Made by a program: the position numbers and the translations under genes. The notes under the pieces are model-generated. The model was not told where the DNA came from. It did not search any database and saw nothing but the letters and a program-made list of their open reading frames with translations. A stretch of 64,000 nucleotides of DNA, from NCBI GenBank assembly GCA_040218735.1, contig JAVJQW010000023.1:352001-416000 (forward strand), read 5' to 3'. Numbering within the stretch: the first letter of the stretch is position 1; each line of letters begins with the position of its first letter. The stretch is from Deltaproteobacteria bacterium (lineage in GTDB: Bacteria > Myxococcota > Kuafuiibacteriia > Kuafuiibacteriales > Kuafuiibacteriaceae). This document shows positions 46,071 to 56,189 of this stretch, piece by piece.

Positions 46071-47846
46071 GTGGAGCGCCCGAACCCCCTCGCCTTCGTC
46101 GTTCCGATCGTCGCGGCGGCCGTCGGACTCTTTTCCCTCCCCGTCCTGCTCGGTTTCGCGGGCAGCCTCCGCGCGCTGCAGGAGGGCGGCTGGTTCGCGT
46201 GGTTCGTGCTCGCGGCGTTCGGCTTTGGCGCCGTCTTCCAAGTCGTGATCGTCGCGGTGGGGCGCCCGCTCGGTGGGCTGGTGGCGCTCAGCGCAGTCCC
46301 GTGGCTCCTCGGCCTCGTCGGGACGCTGATGGGCCAGCGGATGGTCGCGCAGGCACTCGCCGCGGTCGACCCCAGCATGGTCGGCACGTTGTTCCTCGCG
46401 GGCACCGCCGAAACGATGGTGACCCGCGCGTTCGGTGGTTGGGCGTCGGCCTTCCTCGCGATGGGCGGCGGAATCGCGGTGCTCCTGCGAGACCGGAGCC
46501 GCTGGTCGCTCGCGACGCTCTGCGGCGCGCTCGCGATCGCCGCTCTGTTCACGGCGCTCGCCGCGATGACGTTGCGGACCGGCCTCGGCGCCATCGTGAA
46601 CGCTCCGCCCGACATGCGGATGATGTTGCTGGCGTCGGCGTTGTCCAAGCTGTGGCTCTTCGAAGTACTGCGGCTCGCCGCAATGGTGCTCGTCGGAGTC
46701 GGTGCGATGGTCGCCCTGCTCGTCAGCCTCACGAGGCCCGACGGACGCGCCGGCGCGATGCTGGCGGTCGTGGTGGCGCTCGTCGTTGGCGTTGCGGACG
46801 TCGGCGTCGTGCATCGATCCCGCGGAACCGCGGAGGCGGTGGCGTCGACGCGTGACACCAGCGGGGATGGCTTCGAGGCGTTGGTGCTACGCGGTTCATC
46901 GCACAACCGACCGCAGGCTCGGATCGCGCCGGGCAAGACGGTCGACGCGGCTCGGCTGGACGGAGCGGGCGACACGTTCACGGTCGAAGTCGATCACCGC
47001 ACCGACGGCGCGACGCTCCAAGCGTTCTTCGACGCCGCTGCGCGCGCTTCCATCGAGCGCGTCGAGATCGTCGGAAACCAACCGCCGCCCGCACCCGAGG
47101 TGATGGCCGCCGCCGGGATCCACGCGGTGTACGTCGCGCTCGCCACCCGAGGTCCGGGCGCCATCGAGGTGCAGACGTCGGCGGGGCTCCCGAAGGATGT
47201 GCTGCGCGCGACCTTGCGTCCCGGCGCTCCCCTCGCGCTCGAGTCCCGCCCCGGGGAGGTCGTCGAGACGGTCACGATGGGCGGACCGTCCGTGGAGGGC
47301 CGCGGGCGGCGCGTCCTCCTCACGCTGGAGCCGAGCGTCACGGCTTCGTATGTGGTCCAAGCCGTGGCGGCGCTACAGACCAGCGACTTCGTCGTCGCGG
47401 TGGGGCAGAGCGAGCCGCCCGAGCAAGAGACGGACGAAGACCCCGGCGAGGGCGTGGTGGGGATGGTCGGGTTGCTGAGGACGGAAGGGTCGGAGGGGAC
47501 CGCGCGACGGAAGGTCACGCCGAAGGTCGTCCCGGGGCGGTCGCAGGTCCGCGGCACACTCGACCGCGCGATCATCCAGCGCGTCATCCGCGCGCACCGC
47601 GCGAAGATCCGCTACTGCTACGAGCGCGAGCTGGTGAAGCAGCCGAAGCTCTCCGGCAAGATCGTCACGTCGTTCGTCGTGAGCGCGGAGGGTTCGGTGA
47701 GCAGCGCGACGGTGAAGAAGTCCACGCTCGGATCGAAGGGCGCCGAGCAGTGCATCGTGAGCGCGCTGAAGCGGATGAAGTTCCCGAAGCCGCAGGGCGG
47801 CGGCATCGTGATGGTCACCTACCCGTTCATCTTCAGCCCGGGTTGA
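46071..47846 (+). CDS. Multi-TM protein with C-terminal AgmX/PglI TonB_C-like domain
   Basis: G.LD...I.RVIR.....IRYCYE..L...P.L.G....F..CI...FP.P.GG..V.VTYPF; start GTG 46071 or ATG 46062. Confidence 0.8.
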   Translation: MERPNPLAFVVPIVAAAVGLFSLPVLLGFAGSLRALQEGGWFAWFVLAAFGFGAVFQVVIVAVGRPLGGLVALSAVPWLLGLVGTLMGQRMVAQALAAVDPSMVGTLFLAGTAETMVTRAFGGWASAFLAMGGGIAVLLRDRSRWSLATLCGALAIAALFTALAAMTLRTGLGAIVNAPPDMRMMLLASALSKLWLFEVLRLAAMVLVGVGAMVALLVSLTRPDGRAGAMLAVVVALVVGVADVGVVHRSRGTAEAVASTRDTSGDGFEALVLRGSSHNRPQARIAPGKTVDAARLDGAGDTFTVEVDHRTDGATLQAFFDAAARASIERVEIVGNQPPPAPEVMAAAGIHAVYVALATRGPGAIEVQTSAGLPKDVLRATLRPGAPLALESRPGEVVETVTMGGPSVEGRGRRVLLTLEPSVTASYVVQAVAALQTSDFVVAVGQSEPPEQETDEDPGEGVVGMVGLLRTEGSEGTARRKVTPKVVPGRSQVRGTLDRAIIQRVIRAHRAKIRYCYERELVKQPKLSGKIVTSFVVSAEGSVSSATVKKSTLGSKGAEQCIVSALKRMKFPKPQGGGIVMVTYPFIFSPG

Positions 47847-48420
47847 CGAGCAGGTGCACGTCCTGGCGACCGGCGAAGCCGCAGAAGCTGAACACCACGG
47901 TGGTGCTCACGTAGAACGGTTTCTTTCGTAGGTCGACCGGCCTGAAGCCACCGTTCTTGATCACTGCGTTCGTGCGCGCCACCGGCTCCGCGGTGTTCGT
48001 CACCAACACAAAACGATAAGCCGAGGCGGCGCCGAGGAACGACTGGATGCGGCGGGTGTCGAGGTGCTGCAAGACGTCCTTCGCGATCAGGAGGTCGGCT
48101 TCGGGGAGCGCGTCGAAGGTGCCGTCGCTCAGCGCGAAGTGAACGTTCTCGGACCCGAAGCGCTCCTGGTTCGTTTCGATCACCGACGCCACGACGTCCA
48201 CCCCGGTGTAGTCGACGCCCGACCAGTCGACGAAACGCGAGAACTGCCAGTCCCCGCAGCCGACGTCGACCACGCGCTCGATCTGATTCCACAGCAGGAA
48301 CTCCTGCAGGAAACGACGGTACGCGATCGTCTCGTGCGACGCCGAGCCGGGCCCCGAGCCCTGGCCCCACACGCCGTCGTCGTAGATGCCGGTGAAGATC
48401 TTCGAAACGGAGTCCGCCAC
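47833..48420 (-). CDS. Class I SAM-dependent methyltransferase
   Basis: F..IY...WG..SGPGS, VVDVGCGD, KDVLQHL. Confidence 0.85.
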   Translation of the reverse strand: MADSVSKIFTGIYDDGVWGQGSGPGSASHETIAYRRFLQEFLLWNQIERVVDVGCGDWQFSRFVDWSGVDYTGVDVVASVIETNQERFGSENVHFALSDGTFDALPEADLLIAKDVLQHLDTRRIQSFLGAASAYRFVLVTNTAEPVARTNAVIKNGGFRPVDLRKKPFYVSTTVVFSFCGFAGRQDVHLLVNPG

Positions 48421-48431
48421 GCGAAGTCTAT

Positions 48432-50318
48432 TTAATCGAAGATGCCGTGCACGAACACCGCCCCGGTCGGCTCGGCGTACAGCCACAGCCGACGCCCGTC
48501 CGCGATCTCCGCGACCCAGTAGTCCCGGGCGATCGGCTCCTGCGTCCACCACTCCGCTTCGAGGCGCTCTGTCGCGCCGAGGTGCACGACCGGATACCGA
48601 CGACCGCGCCAGCGGATCACGCCGTCCTCCGTCTTGCTCTCGCGCGACAGCTCGATGCGCTCCGGCTTCGCGAGTAGCTCCAGCGGCCGCGGCGGCAACG
48701 GCGGCAGCGGCTCGTCCTCCGGCTTGCGCTGGATCGGCTTCGGCCAGGCGGGCTTTGCGTCGAGCGTGGTCTCGCTCTCGTCGATCGTGTCGGGGATCGA
48801 CGTCACCGCGAGCCCCGCGTCGACGGACGGCAGATGCTCACGCGCGCCCCCCTGCTCCGCGAGCGGCGCGACGAGCTGCGGCCCCTCCCGCACCACCGGC
48901 TTCTCCTGCGGCGGCTCTTCGAGCGCGACCTCGATGTCGAACGGCAGCGTCTTCCACGCGGCCTCCGGGCGGTGAGTATCGGCGATCGTCGGCGAGAAGA
49001 TCGCGCCCTCCCCCAGCGCCGCCTGCAGACGCCCGACGAGCTCACTCACCTCTTCGAGCCGCTGCTGATGGTTGCGGAACAGATCGAGCTGCGCGCCGTG
49101 ATCGGTTTCGGCGGTCGCCGCCTCGACGGTCACCGCCAGCACCGCGCCCGGCAACGAGGCCCCCATCCGCTCCCGCGCGAGCGCCAGCATCGTCGACGCC
49201 CGGCGCGTCGCGCGCGCGAACTTCAGCTCGACGGTCTCGGTGTGTTTCGAGCTGCGCTTGCGGTGCGCGTCGTTCTCGATGCGCGAGAACATCGGCGGCT
49301 CGACGAGGAAGTGGACGAGCAGCGAACGCACCGCGCGCGCGCGCGCCGAGAGCCGATCCTCCAGCCGCCCGAACAACCGCTTCAGCACGAACAGGATCGG
49401 TTCGAGGTCCTCGGTCACCGCGTTCAGCTCGAACGTCTCCACGGTGCGCTCCGGCGGGTGATACGCCCGCAGCGGACGCGCACCCTCCGCACGCGCGCGC
49501 CGCGACATCTGCGCGCCCGCCTCCCCGAACCGACTGCTCACCTGCGACGCCGGCAACCCGACGAAGCGCCCGACGTCCTTCACCCCCAGCAACGCGAGCG
49601 ACGATACCGCCCCGCGCATGTGTTGCTGCAGGACGCCGTCGGGATCGACGCGGCGGTCCGTCCAGGTGATCGCTTCGAGCGGGAGCTTCGCGAGCTGCGA
49701 CGGCGCGTCATCGACGACCGCGACACGCGGCGCCTCGACGATCGCCTTGTGTTTCTTCTGCGGAGGTTTGCGTCCCGAGCGTCGGCGCAACCTAGGTTGC
49801 GAAGGCGGCGGCGCGTAACGAAGACGCGACAGGTGCTCGGCGAACGTACGCGCGGTGTCCGGGTCCTTCGCGATGGCGACCGTCACGCGGTGGCCCGCGC
49901 GCTCCATGAGCTTCTCGATCGACTCGGCGATGAAGCGGTCGGTCAGCTCCTCCGGACGACGCTTCAGCTTCTTCGCGATCGCCCGCCGGCTCCGCCCGAT
50001 CTCCACGAACAACAGATCGGGCGGCGCGATCTCGACCTCCGGTCCGTAGGCGAAGAGGAGCTGGGCCGCGTGGTCCAGGCGCGACTGCTCGAGGCTGATG
50101 TCCCGCGACTCGACCCACAGGTCCAAGTCCCGCGCCTTGCCCTCGCTCTCCTTCATGCCGGGGCGAATGCCGCGGCGCCGCGCCTCGTCGGAGACACTCA
50201 CGAGCACCCGCTGCCCGCGAACCTCCTCCCGCACCGCGACGGGCCGCTCGCGATCCTCGAAGAGGCTCTCGACCGGGAGCGACGACAGGTGCACGGCAGC
50301 GACGCGTCGGCTCGACAT
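48432..50318 (-). CDS. imuB: ImuB, catalytically inactive Y-family polymerase
   Basis: A...GI.PGM, no catalytic acidic motifs, QLDLF beta-clamp motif, DTHRPE, ERLE.EWW..RDYW..HGIFD C-terminus. Confidence 0.88.
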   Translation of the reverse strand: MSSRRVAAVHLSSLPVESLFEDRERPVAVREEVRGQRVLVSVSDEARRRGIRPGMKESEGKARDLDLWVESRDISLEQSRLDHAAQLLFAYGPEVEIAPPDLLFVEIGRSRRAIAKKLKRRPEELTDRFIAESIEKLMERAGHRVTVAIAKDPDTARTFAEHLSRLRYAPPPSQPRLRRRSGRKPPQKKHKAIVEAPRVAVVDDAPSQLAKLPLEAITWTDRRVDPDGVLQQHMRGAVSSLALLGVKDVGRFVGLPASQVSSRFGEAGAQMSRRARAEGARPLRAYHPPERTVETFELNAVTEDLEPILFVLKRLFGRLEDRLSARARAVRSLLVHFLVEPPMFSRIENDAHRKRSSKHTETVELKFARATRRASTMLALARERMGASLPGAVLAVTVEAATAETDHGAQLDLFRNHQQRLEEVSELVGRLQAALGEGAIFSPTIADTHRPEAAWKTLPFDIEVALEEPPQEKPVVREGPQLVAPLAEQGGAREHLPSVDAGLAVTSIPDTIDESETTLDAKPAWPKPIQRKPEDEPLPPLPPRPLELLAKPERIELSRESKTEDGVIRWRGRRYPVVHLGATERLEAEWWTQEPIARDYWVAEIADGRRLWLYAEPTGAVFVHGIFD

Positions 50319-50331
50319 CACAGGTGTTCAG
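50316..50331. promoter_or_regulatory. Putative LexA box overlapping the imuB start
   Basis: CATCAC-AGGT-GTTCAG; shares GTTCAGTA with the dnaE2 site. Confidence 0.5.
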
Positions 50332-50437
50332 TATCCGAGATCCGTGCGCGCGATCGCAAGCGACCGTCGGTCAGTCCAACGGACGCGTAACCGCCCGGAC
50401 TGCAAAGGGCAAAGTCCAGAGTGCTACTACAGACAGT

Positions 50438-53400
50438 GTGCCCACCCCGCGTACGTTTCTGCTCACCGCTACCCTGACGAGCCTCGCCGTCGCCGCCTGG
50501 GCCGACGGCACTCGGCCGGACCGCCCCGCGTGGGAGCGCCCGAAGAACGGCGTCCGCCTCGCGGCCCGCGACGTGTTCCTCGACCGCGGCAAACCCGTCC
50601 CCGACGTGGGCGCCGCGTTCTACGTGTTCGCGGAGCGCGCGCTCACCCGCGCGGACGTCGCCGCCGCGAAGCAAGTTGGCTTGCGCTACCTCGGCACCGT
50701 CACGGCGTACGTCTACGTCTTCCAGCGCGCCGCCGCGCACGCCGACGCCGACGCCTACCTCGAAGCGTCGTGGATCCGCGGCACCGCGAAGGCGCTACCG
50801 ATCGATCGTGTCGACGAAGAAGTGCTCCCCTACTTCGCGAAGGACGAGCCGCTCCCCCACCCGCTCGTCGTCGCCGCGTGGAGCGAGACCACCGCCGGTG
50901 AGATCGCCGCGCTGATCCCCGGCGCGGAAGAGCTGCGCCGCCTCCCCACCGATCCGAACGAAGCCATCCGCGAGGAGTGCCACTTCCACGTCGCCGACCG
51001 CGATCTACTGAAACGACTCGCCACCTCCCCCTTCGTCGCGTCCATCGGGTTCGACTGGCCGAACAAGTCCCACAACACCGCGTCGCGCCGCATCTCCCAC
51101 GCCGACGCGCTCGTGAACGCGCCCTACAACCTCGACGGCACCGGCGTCGTCGTCGGGCACTGGGACGGCGGCAGCGTGTCGAGCTCGCACCAGGACTTCG
51201 GCGGGCGCGTCACCAACTACGAGAGCCGCGGCGTCTCCTCTCACGCCACCCACACCGCCGGGACGATCCTCGGCTCCGGCGCCGGCGACCGCGACGCGCA
51301 GGGCTTCGCGCCCGGTGCCACCATGGTCGCCTACGACTTCTACGGCGACGCCGCCGCCGAGCGCCGCGAAGCAAAACACGACCACTACCACGAACACGAC
51401 AACCACTCGTGGGGCTCGACCTCGACCAACTTCGGCTCGTACGCCGGCTCCGCGCAGGAGTGGGACCTCGACTCGCGCGACCTCTTCCTCCTCGGCATGA
51501 AGGCGGCCGGCAACGAAGGGCGCAGCAGCCAGGTCAACGACAACAACTACGGCTTCGACTCGCTCCCGCCCGACTCCACCGCGAAGAACCTCCTCGTCGT
51601 GGGCGCGACCGACGACGACGGCGACCTCACGAGCTTCTCCAGCCGCGGACCGACCAACGACGGCCGCATCAAACCCGACATCTCCGCGAACGGTCAGAAC
51701 CTCTACTCGGTGATGCCGTCGGGTCGCTACGGATCGATGAGCGGCACGTCGATGTCGACGCCGTCCGTCACCGGCATGGTCACGCTCCTCGCCGAGCTCT
51801 ACAAACGTGAGTTCGCCGGCGAGCGCCTCACGCCCGACCTCGTCCGCGTCATCATGATCCACACCGTCACCGACGTGTTCCACCGCGGACCCGACTACCG
51901 CCACGGCTGGGGCAACGCCGACGCGCAAGCCGCCGCCAACCTGATCCTCGCCGACGCGGCCGCCCCCGGCACTCGCCTCGTCCGCGCCGCGGTCCGCGAC
52001 GGCGAGACCTACGAGTACGAGATGGACGTGACGCCCGGCAGCAACGAGGTCCGCGTGACGCTCTCCTGGCTCGACGCCTACGCGAACAGCACCGCGCAGC
52101 GCCGCCTGATCAACGACCTCGACCTCGAGCTGATCTCCCCGAGCGGACAGACCTACTACCCGTGGACGCTCGACGCCGCGAACCCGTTCGACGACGCGGT
52201 CCAGAACCAGCGCAACGACCTCGACAACGTCGAGCAGGTGCTCGTCGAGTCGCCCGAGGACGGCGTGTGGACCGTGCGCATCGCGGGCACGAACATCCCG
52301 GACCCGAGCTTCGACATCCAGGGCTTCACGCTCGCGACGAGTCACTCCGTCGCGCGCACGTTCGAGAAGGTCCGCCCCGACCTCGGACCGAACGGCGCCG
52401 CGATCCCGGACAACGACACCAGCGGCCTGGTCGTCGACCTCGACGTGCAGGACGCGCGCGACGTGAAGTCCCTCCGCGTGCGCGTCGAGATTCGCCACCC
52501 GGCGCGCGGCAACCTCGAGATCAACCTCGTGCACCCCGACGGCACGCGCTCCAACCTGGAGAAGGCCGACACCTCCACGCGCCGCGACATCTTCGCGATC
52601 TACCCCGACACCCGCAGCTACGACGAAGACGTCACGATGTTCTACGGCCGCTCCGGCCAAGGCACCTGGAAGCTCGAGGTCATCGACGGCAACGCGGGCC
52701 AGACCGGATCCCTCGTCGATGTCTCCCTCGAGCTCGACCTCGAAGGTCCGCCGCCTCCGCCGCCGAACGTCCCGCCCACGGCCGACGCGGGTGACGACCA
52801 GACCGTCAACGCCGGCGACCCCGTCGCGCTCGACGGCAGCGGCAGCAACGACGCCGACGGCGACACGCTCGTGTACCTGTGGCAGCAGCAGTCGGGCGTC
52901 GCGGTGTCACTTGGGGACGCTTCGACCGTCGCGCCGTCGTTCACCGCGCCGAGTGTGAAGGAGACGACGACGCTGGTGTTCCGTTTGAACGTCGACGACG
53001 GGAACGGCGGAATGGCGTCCGACGACGTCGCGATCACGATCATCGGCGAGAAGCCGGAGGGCTCGAACCGCGCGCCCATCGCACGCGTGGCGGACGACTT
53101 CACGGTGGGCCCGGGGTTCGAGGTCGGCCTCGACGCAACGCAGTCCGAGGATCCGGACGGCGACCCGATCACGTTCAACTGGACCCAGACGGCGGGCGCC
53201 GACGTGGAGATCCTGCGCGCCTCGGAGGCCTACGCTTCGTTCGTCTCACCGAACGTCGACGAAGCCACGACGCTCACCTTCCAGGTCGAGGTCACCGACG
53301 ACAGCGGCGAAGTCGACCTCGCGACGATCAACGTCACCGTCGAACCCGGCGCCCCGCCGCCGCCGATGGTGCGCGTGCCGCTCGAAGGGCTCGTGGGCGG

Positions 53401-53482
53401 GAGCTGCCGCTGCGTCGAACGTGGTGGGTCGCCGTGGTGGCTACTGTTCGGGCTGGTGCTCTTCCTGCGCCGTCGCTCATAG
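50438..53482 (+). CDS. S8 subtilase with proprotein-convertase P domain, two PKD-like domains and MYXO-CTERM-like tail
   Basis: WDGG, HATHTAG, AAGN, SGTSMS triad; C-terminal GGSCRC..WWLL..LFLRRRS. Confidence 0.93.
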   Translation: MPTPRTFLLTATLTSLAVAAWADGTRPDRPAWERPKNGVRLAARDVFLDRGKPVPDVGAAFYVFAERALTRADVAAAKQVGLRYLGTVTAYVYVFQRAAAHADADAYLEASWIRGTAKALPIDRVDEEVLPYFAKDEPLPHPLVVAAWSETTAGEIAALIPGAEELRRLPTDPNEAIREECHFHVADRDLLKRLATSPFVASIGFDWPNKSHNTASRRISHADALVNAPYNLDGTGVVVGHWDGGSVSSSHQDFGGRVTNYESRGVSSHATHTAGTILGSGAGDRDAQGFAPGATMVAYDFYGDAAAERREAKHDHYHEHDNHSWGSTSTNFGSYAGSAQEWDLDSRDLFLLGMKAAGNEGRSSQVNDNNYGFDSLPPDSTAKNLLVVGATDDDGDLTSFSSRGPTNDGRIKPDISANGQNLYSVMPSGRYGSMSGTSMSTPSVTGMVTLLAELYKREFAGERLTPDLVRVIMIHTVTDVFHRGPDYRHGWGNADAQAAANLILADAAAPGTRLVRAAVRDGETYEYEMDVTPGSNEVRVTLSWLDAYANSTAQRRLINDLDLELISPSGQTYYPWTLDAANPFDDAVQNQRNDLDNVEQVLVESPEDGVWTVRIAGTNIPDPSFDIQGFTLATSHSVARTFEKVRPDLGPNGAAIPDNDTSGLVVDLDVQDARDVKSLRVRVEIRHPARGNLEINLVHPDGTRSNLEKADTSTRRDIFAIYPDTRSYDEDVTMFYGRSGQGTWKLEVIDGNAGQTGSLVDVSLELDLEGPPPPPPNVPPTADAGDDQTVNAGDPVALDGSGSNDADGDTLVYLWQQQSGVAVSLGDASTVAPSFTAPSVKETTTLVFRLNVDDGNGGMASDDVAITIIGEKPEGSNRAPIARVADDFTVGPGFEVGLDATQSEDPDGDPITFNWTQTAGADVEILRASEAYASFVSPNVDEATTLTFQVEVTDDSGEVDLATINVTVEPGAPPPPMVRVPLEGLVGGSCRCVERGGSPWWLLFGLVLFLRRRS

Positions 53483-54532
53483 CCGCATCAGCGCGGCGCC
53501 CCAGTGCAGGCCCGAGCCGAGCGCGAGGAAACATACGAGCTGCCCAGGCTTCGCGCGGCCGTCTCGGTACATCTCGTCCACGAGGATCGGGATCGTCGCG
53601 CCGGACGTGTTGCCGTACTTCGCAATGTTCGACGGGACGCGCTCGGGGTCGACGCCGAGCGACTGCACGACGACGCGGTTGATGCGGTCGTTGGCTTGGT
53701 GCGCGACGAACCAGTCCACGTCGTCGAGCGCGACGTCGTTGCGTTCGCACAGCGAGCGCACCACCTCGGGCAGTCGCGTGACCGCGCACTTGAAGAGGTC
53801 GCGCCCCTCCATGCTCGGGATGTGTTCCTCGTTGGTGATCTGCTCGGGTGTTACGTACGGCCGGCGCCGAAAGCCCGAGCCCTCGATGAAGATGTGCTCG
53901 GCGTCGTCGCCGTCGGTGTGGACCTCGACGTCGATCAGCCCGCGCTCCGCGGTTTCCGAAGCGCGCACGACCATCGCGCCTGCGCCGTCACCGAAGAGCA
54001 CGGCGAGCGCGCGGTGTCGCGTCGCGCGCTGGTAGTCCTCGGACGCCACCTTCACTTCGGGGTCCAACAGCGCTTCCCACTTCTGCCAGGGCATGAACCC
54101 GGCGTGCGCTTCGGCGCCGACGATCAGGACGTTCTTCGCGGCACGCGACGCGACCAACCCGTTCGCGACCTGCAACGCAAACGGCATCGCGCAGCACTGC
54201 TGCCGGATGTCGAGCGCCGGCACGCCGCGGATACCGAGCTTCGCGCCGAGCAGTCCGCCGGATCCTGGGAACAGGAAGTCCGGCGTCATCGTGCAGAACA
54301 GGATGTAGTCGATGTCCTTCGTCGTCAGGCCGGCCGCCTCGATCGCGCGCTGCGCCGCGGGCACGGCGATGTCACTCGCGCCCATCCCGTCCTCGGCGAA
54401 GTGCCGCTGCTCGATCCCCGTGCGCCGCCGGATCCACTCGTCGCTGGTGTCCATCACCCGCGCGAGCATCTCGTTCGTCACCGGCGCCCCGGGCGCGTGC
54501 CGCCCCGTCCCGACGATCGTGATTCCACCCAT
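53477..54532 (-). CDS. fabH: 3-oxoacyl-ACP synthase III (FabH-like)
   Basis: DTSDEWI..RTGI, QQCC, LFGDGAGA, HQAN, GNTS. Confidence 0.88.
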   Translation of the reverse strand: MGGITIVGTGRHAPGAPVTNEMLARVMDTSDEWIRRRTGIEQRHFAEDGMGASDIAVPAAQRAIEAAGLTTKDIDYILFCTMTPDFLFPGSGGLLGAKLGIRGVPALDIRQQCCAMPFALQVANGLVASRAAKNVLIVGAEAHAGFMPWQKWEALLDPEVKVASEDYQRATRHRALAVLFGDGAGAMVVRASETAERGLIDVEVHTDGDDAEHIFIEGSGFRRRPYVTPEQITNEEHIPSMEGRDLFKCAVTRLPEVVRSLCERNDVALDDVDWFVAHQANDRINRVVVQSLGVDPERVPSNIAKYGNTSGATIPILVDEMYRDGRAKPGQLVCFLALGSGLHWGAALMRL

Positions 54533-54629
54533 GCCCGCGCGAGCCTAGCCCGCGGCACGTCAGCGCCTTGTCACGGTTCTGCGAGGAACTGCTGACGGAT
54601 TCCAACCGAACCGTCAGATGGTCGGGACT

Positions 54630-55583
54630 CTACTCGTCGTCCGGCGTCACCATGCAAAGCCGCGCGCTGACCCGTTCGGGCTTTCCGCTCGGCGTGCACG
54701 GCCACGCGCTCTCGGCCATGACCTTCGCGACGCACTGCGCAATCCGGCGCGCCGTCACGTCGTCTGGCGCGATCCGAGGCCCGACCTCGATCGCACCCGC
54801 GTGGCCATCCGGTGCGATCGTCCAACGCAGATCCAGGCTGGCGACGTCCGCACCCAACCGGCACTTCCCGAGCGGCTCCCGCAGGTCACGGAGCGTCGAC
54901 CGAATGCGGAGCTGCGCGTCGTACGCTTCGTAGCCCGAGACCCGGAGGGCGTAACTCCTGGTCATCAAGCCCGACAGGGCGAGCCCCGGCTCGAGCACAC
55001 GCGCCGCTTCGACCCAGGTGGCGTAGTCGTCGGCGTTGCCTTCGATCTTGGCGGCGAGCGCGGCGGGCAGATCGGTGCGGTCGTCCGAACCGACGCGGTC
55101 GAAGTGAACCATGAGGCTGCACGCCTCCTGAATCAGCTCCCCATCCTCCTCTCGATAGCGGCACATCGACGAGATCGTCCCCGTCACCAGGTTCGGGTGG
55201 CGATCCGCGAGCAGACTCACGACGGGTCGCGCCTGCGCGCAGGCGGGGCCACCCGGCTTCCACCGGTGCTCGGCGTGGAGCTGCTCCGCCCCCGCGACCT
55301 CCGCCGCGGAGATCAGCCGGAGCTCGACGTCACGCGCTACGCGTTCGCGAACCGCCGCGAGCACCGCGGCCTTGCCGTCGGCGGACAGCTTGTTCCCGCG
55401 AAAGAACCCCAGCGCGATCACCTGCGGCCGCGAGATGTCGGGCGGCGGGGGATCGGGCTGCTCGACCACCGGCCCATCGCGACACTCCTCGGCGATCGAC
55501 ACGGTTTCGGGCGCGGGTGCCTTCGCCGGCGCTGCGGCACACGCGGCGACGAACACGAACGGTGCGACTCGAAGCCCCCTCAT
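54630..55583 (-). CDS. Cys-rich lipoprotein with C-terminal TonB_C/AgmX-like domain
   Basis: Lipobox VAAC; LRWTIAPDG....CV.......WP pattern. Confidence 0.6.
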   Translation of the reverse strand: MRGLRVAPFVFVAACAAAPAKAPAPETVSIAEECRDGPVVEQPDPPPPDISRPQVIALGFFRGNKLSADGKAAVLAAVRERVARDVELRLISAAEVAGAEQLHAEHRWKPGGPACAQARPVVSLLADRHPNLVTGTISSMCRYREEDGELIQEACSLMVHFDRVGSDDRTDLPAALAAKIEGNADDYATWVEAARVLEPGLALSGLMTRSYALRVSGYEAYDAQLRIRSTLRDLREPLGKCRLGADVASLDLRWTIAPDGHAGAIEVGPRIAPDDVTARRIAQCVAKVMAESAWPCTPSGKPERVSARLCMVTPDDE

Positions 55584-55673
55584 GTCCCGCCTCCTCGCAC
55601 AGCCGCGCTCAAAGGTCGAACGCGAGGACCTCTCGCCTTGTCCCCCGCTTCACCATCGACTACCGGGTACGAC

Positions 55674-56189
55674 GTGTCGCGCGCCGCTCCGCTCCTCCTC
55701 CTCTTGGTCTGCGCGTGTGTCGCGCGCCCCAACCGTACCGAGCCCAAGTGGGCCATGACCCCGGCGACGCGCGCGGAAACGACCGTCAAGATGCACGACA
55801 TCACCGTCCCCGAGACGGGCGTCGAGTGCGGCAAGCGCGAGCTGCTCCGGGTGCGCAACTTCAACGCGACCGTGGAACGCGAGCTGTGGGAGTCGGGCTT
55901 CGAGATCCTGAAGGCGGAGGACGACCCGGTCGACGGACACCACGTCGATGCACACGTCGAGATCGCGAAGCTCGACTGTCGCGACGCGCTGCGCGGCGAT
56001 CTCACGCTGACCATCGAGCGCGACCGAACGGAGCTCGCCAAGGCGCACCGCGAGGGCGTGATCTTCTCGAACTTCCGCGTCGCCGCGAATCAGCTGGTGG
56101 ACGACATCCTGATGTCCGAGTCGTTCGTCGCAAAGCTGACGTCCCCGGTCGCGACGTCGTCGACGAGCACCGTCACCCCCGGCGGCTGA
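55674..56189 (+). CDS. Hypothetical lipoprotein
   Basis: LLLLLVCAC lipobox; 3' part of the 54618 ORF. Confidence 0.65.
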   Translation: MSRAAPLLLLLVCACVARPNRTEPKWAMTPATRAETTVKMHDITVPETGVECGKRELLRVRNFNATVERELWESGFEILKAEDDPVDGHHVDAHVEIAKLDCRDALRGDLTLTIERDRTELAKAHREGVIFSNFRVAANQLVDDILMSESFVAKLTSPVATSSTSTVTPGG

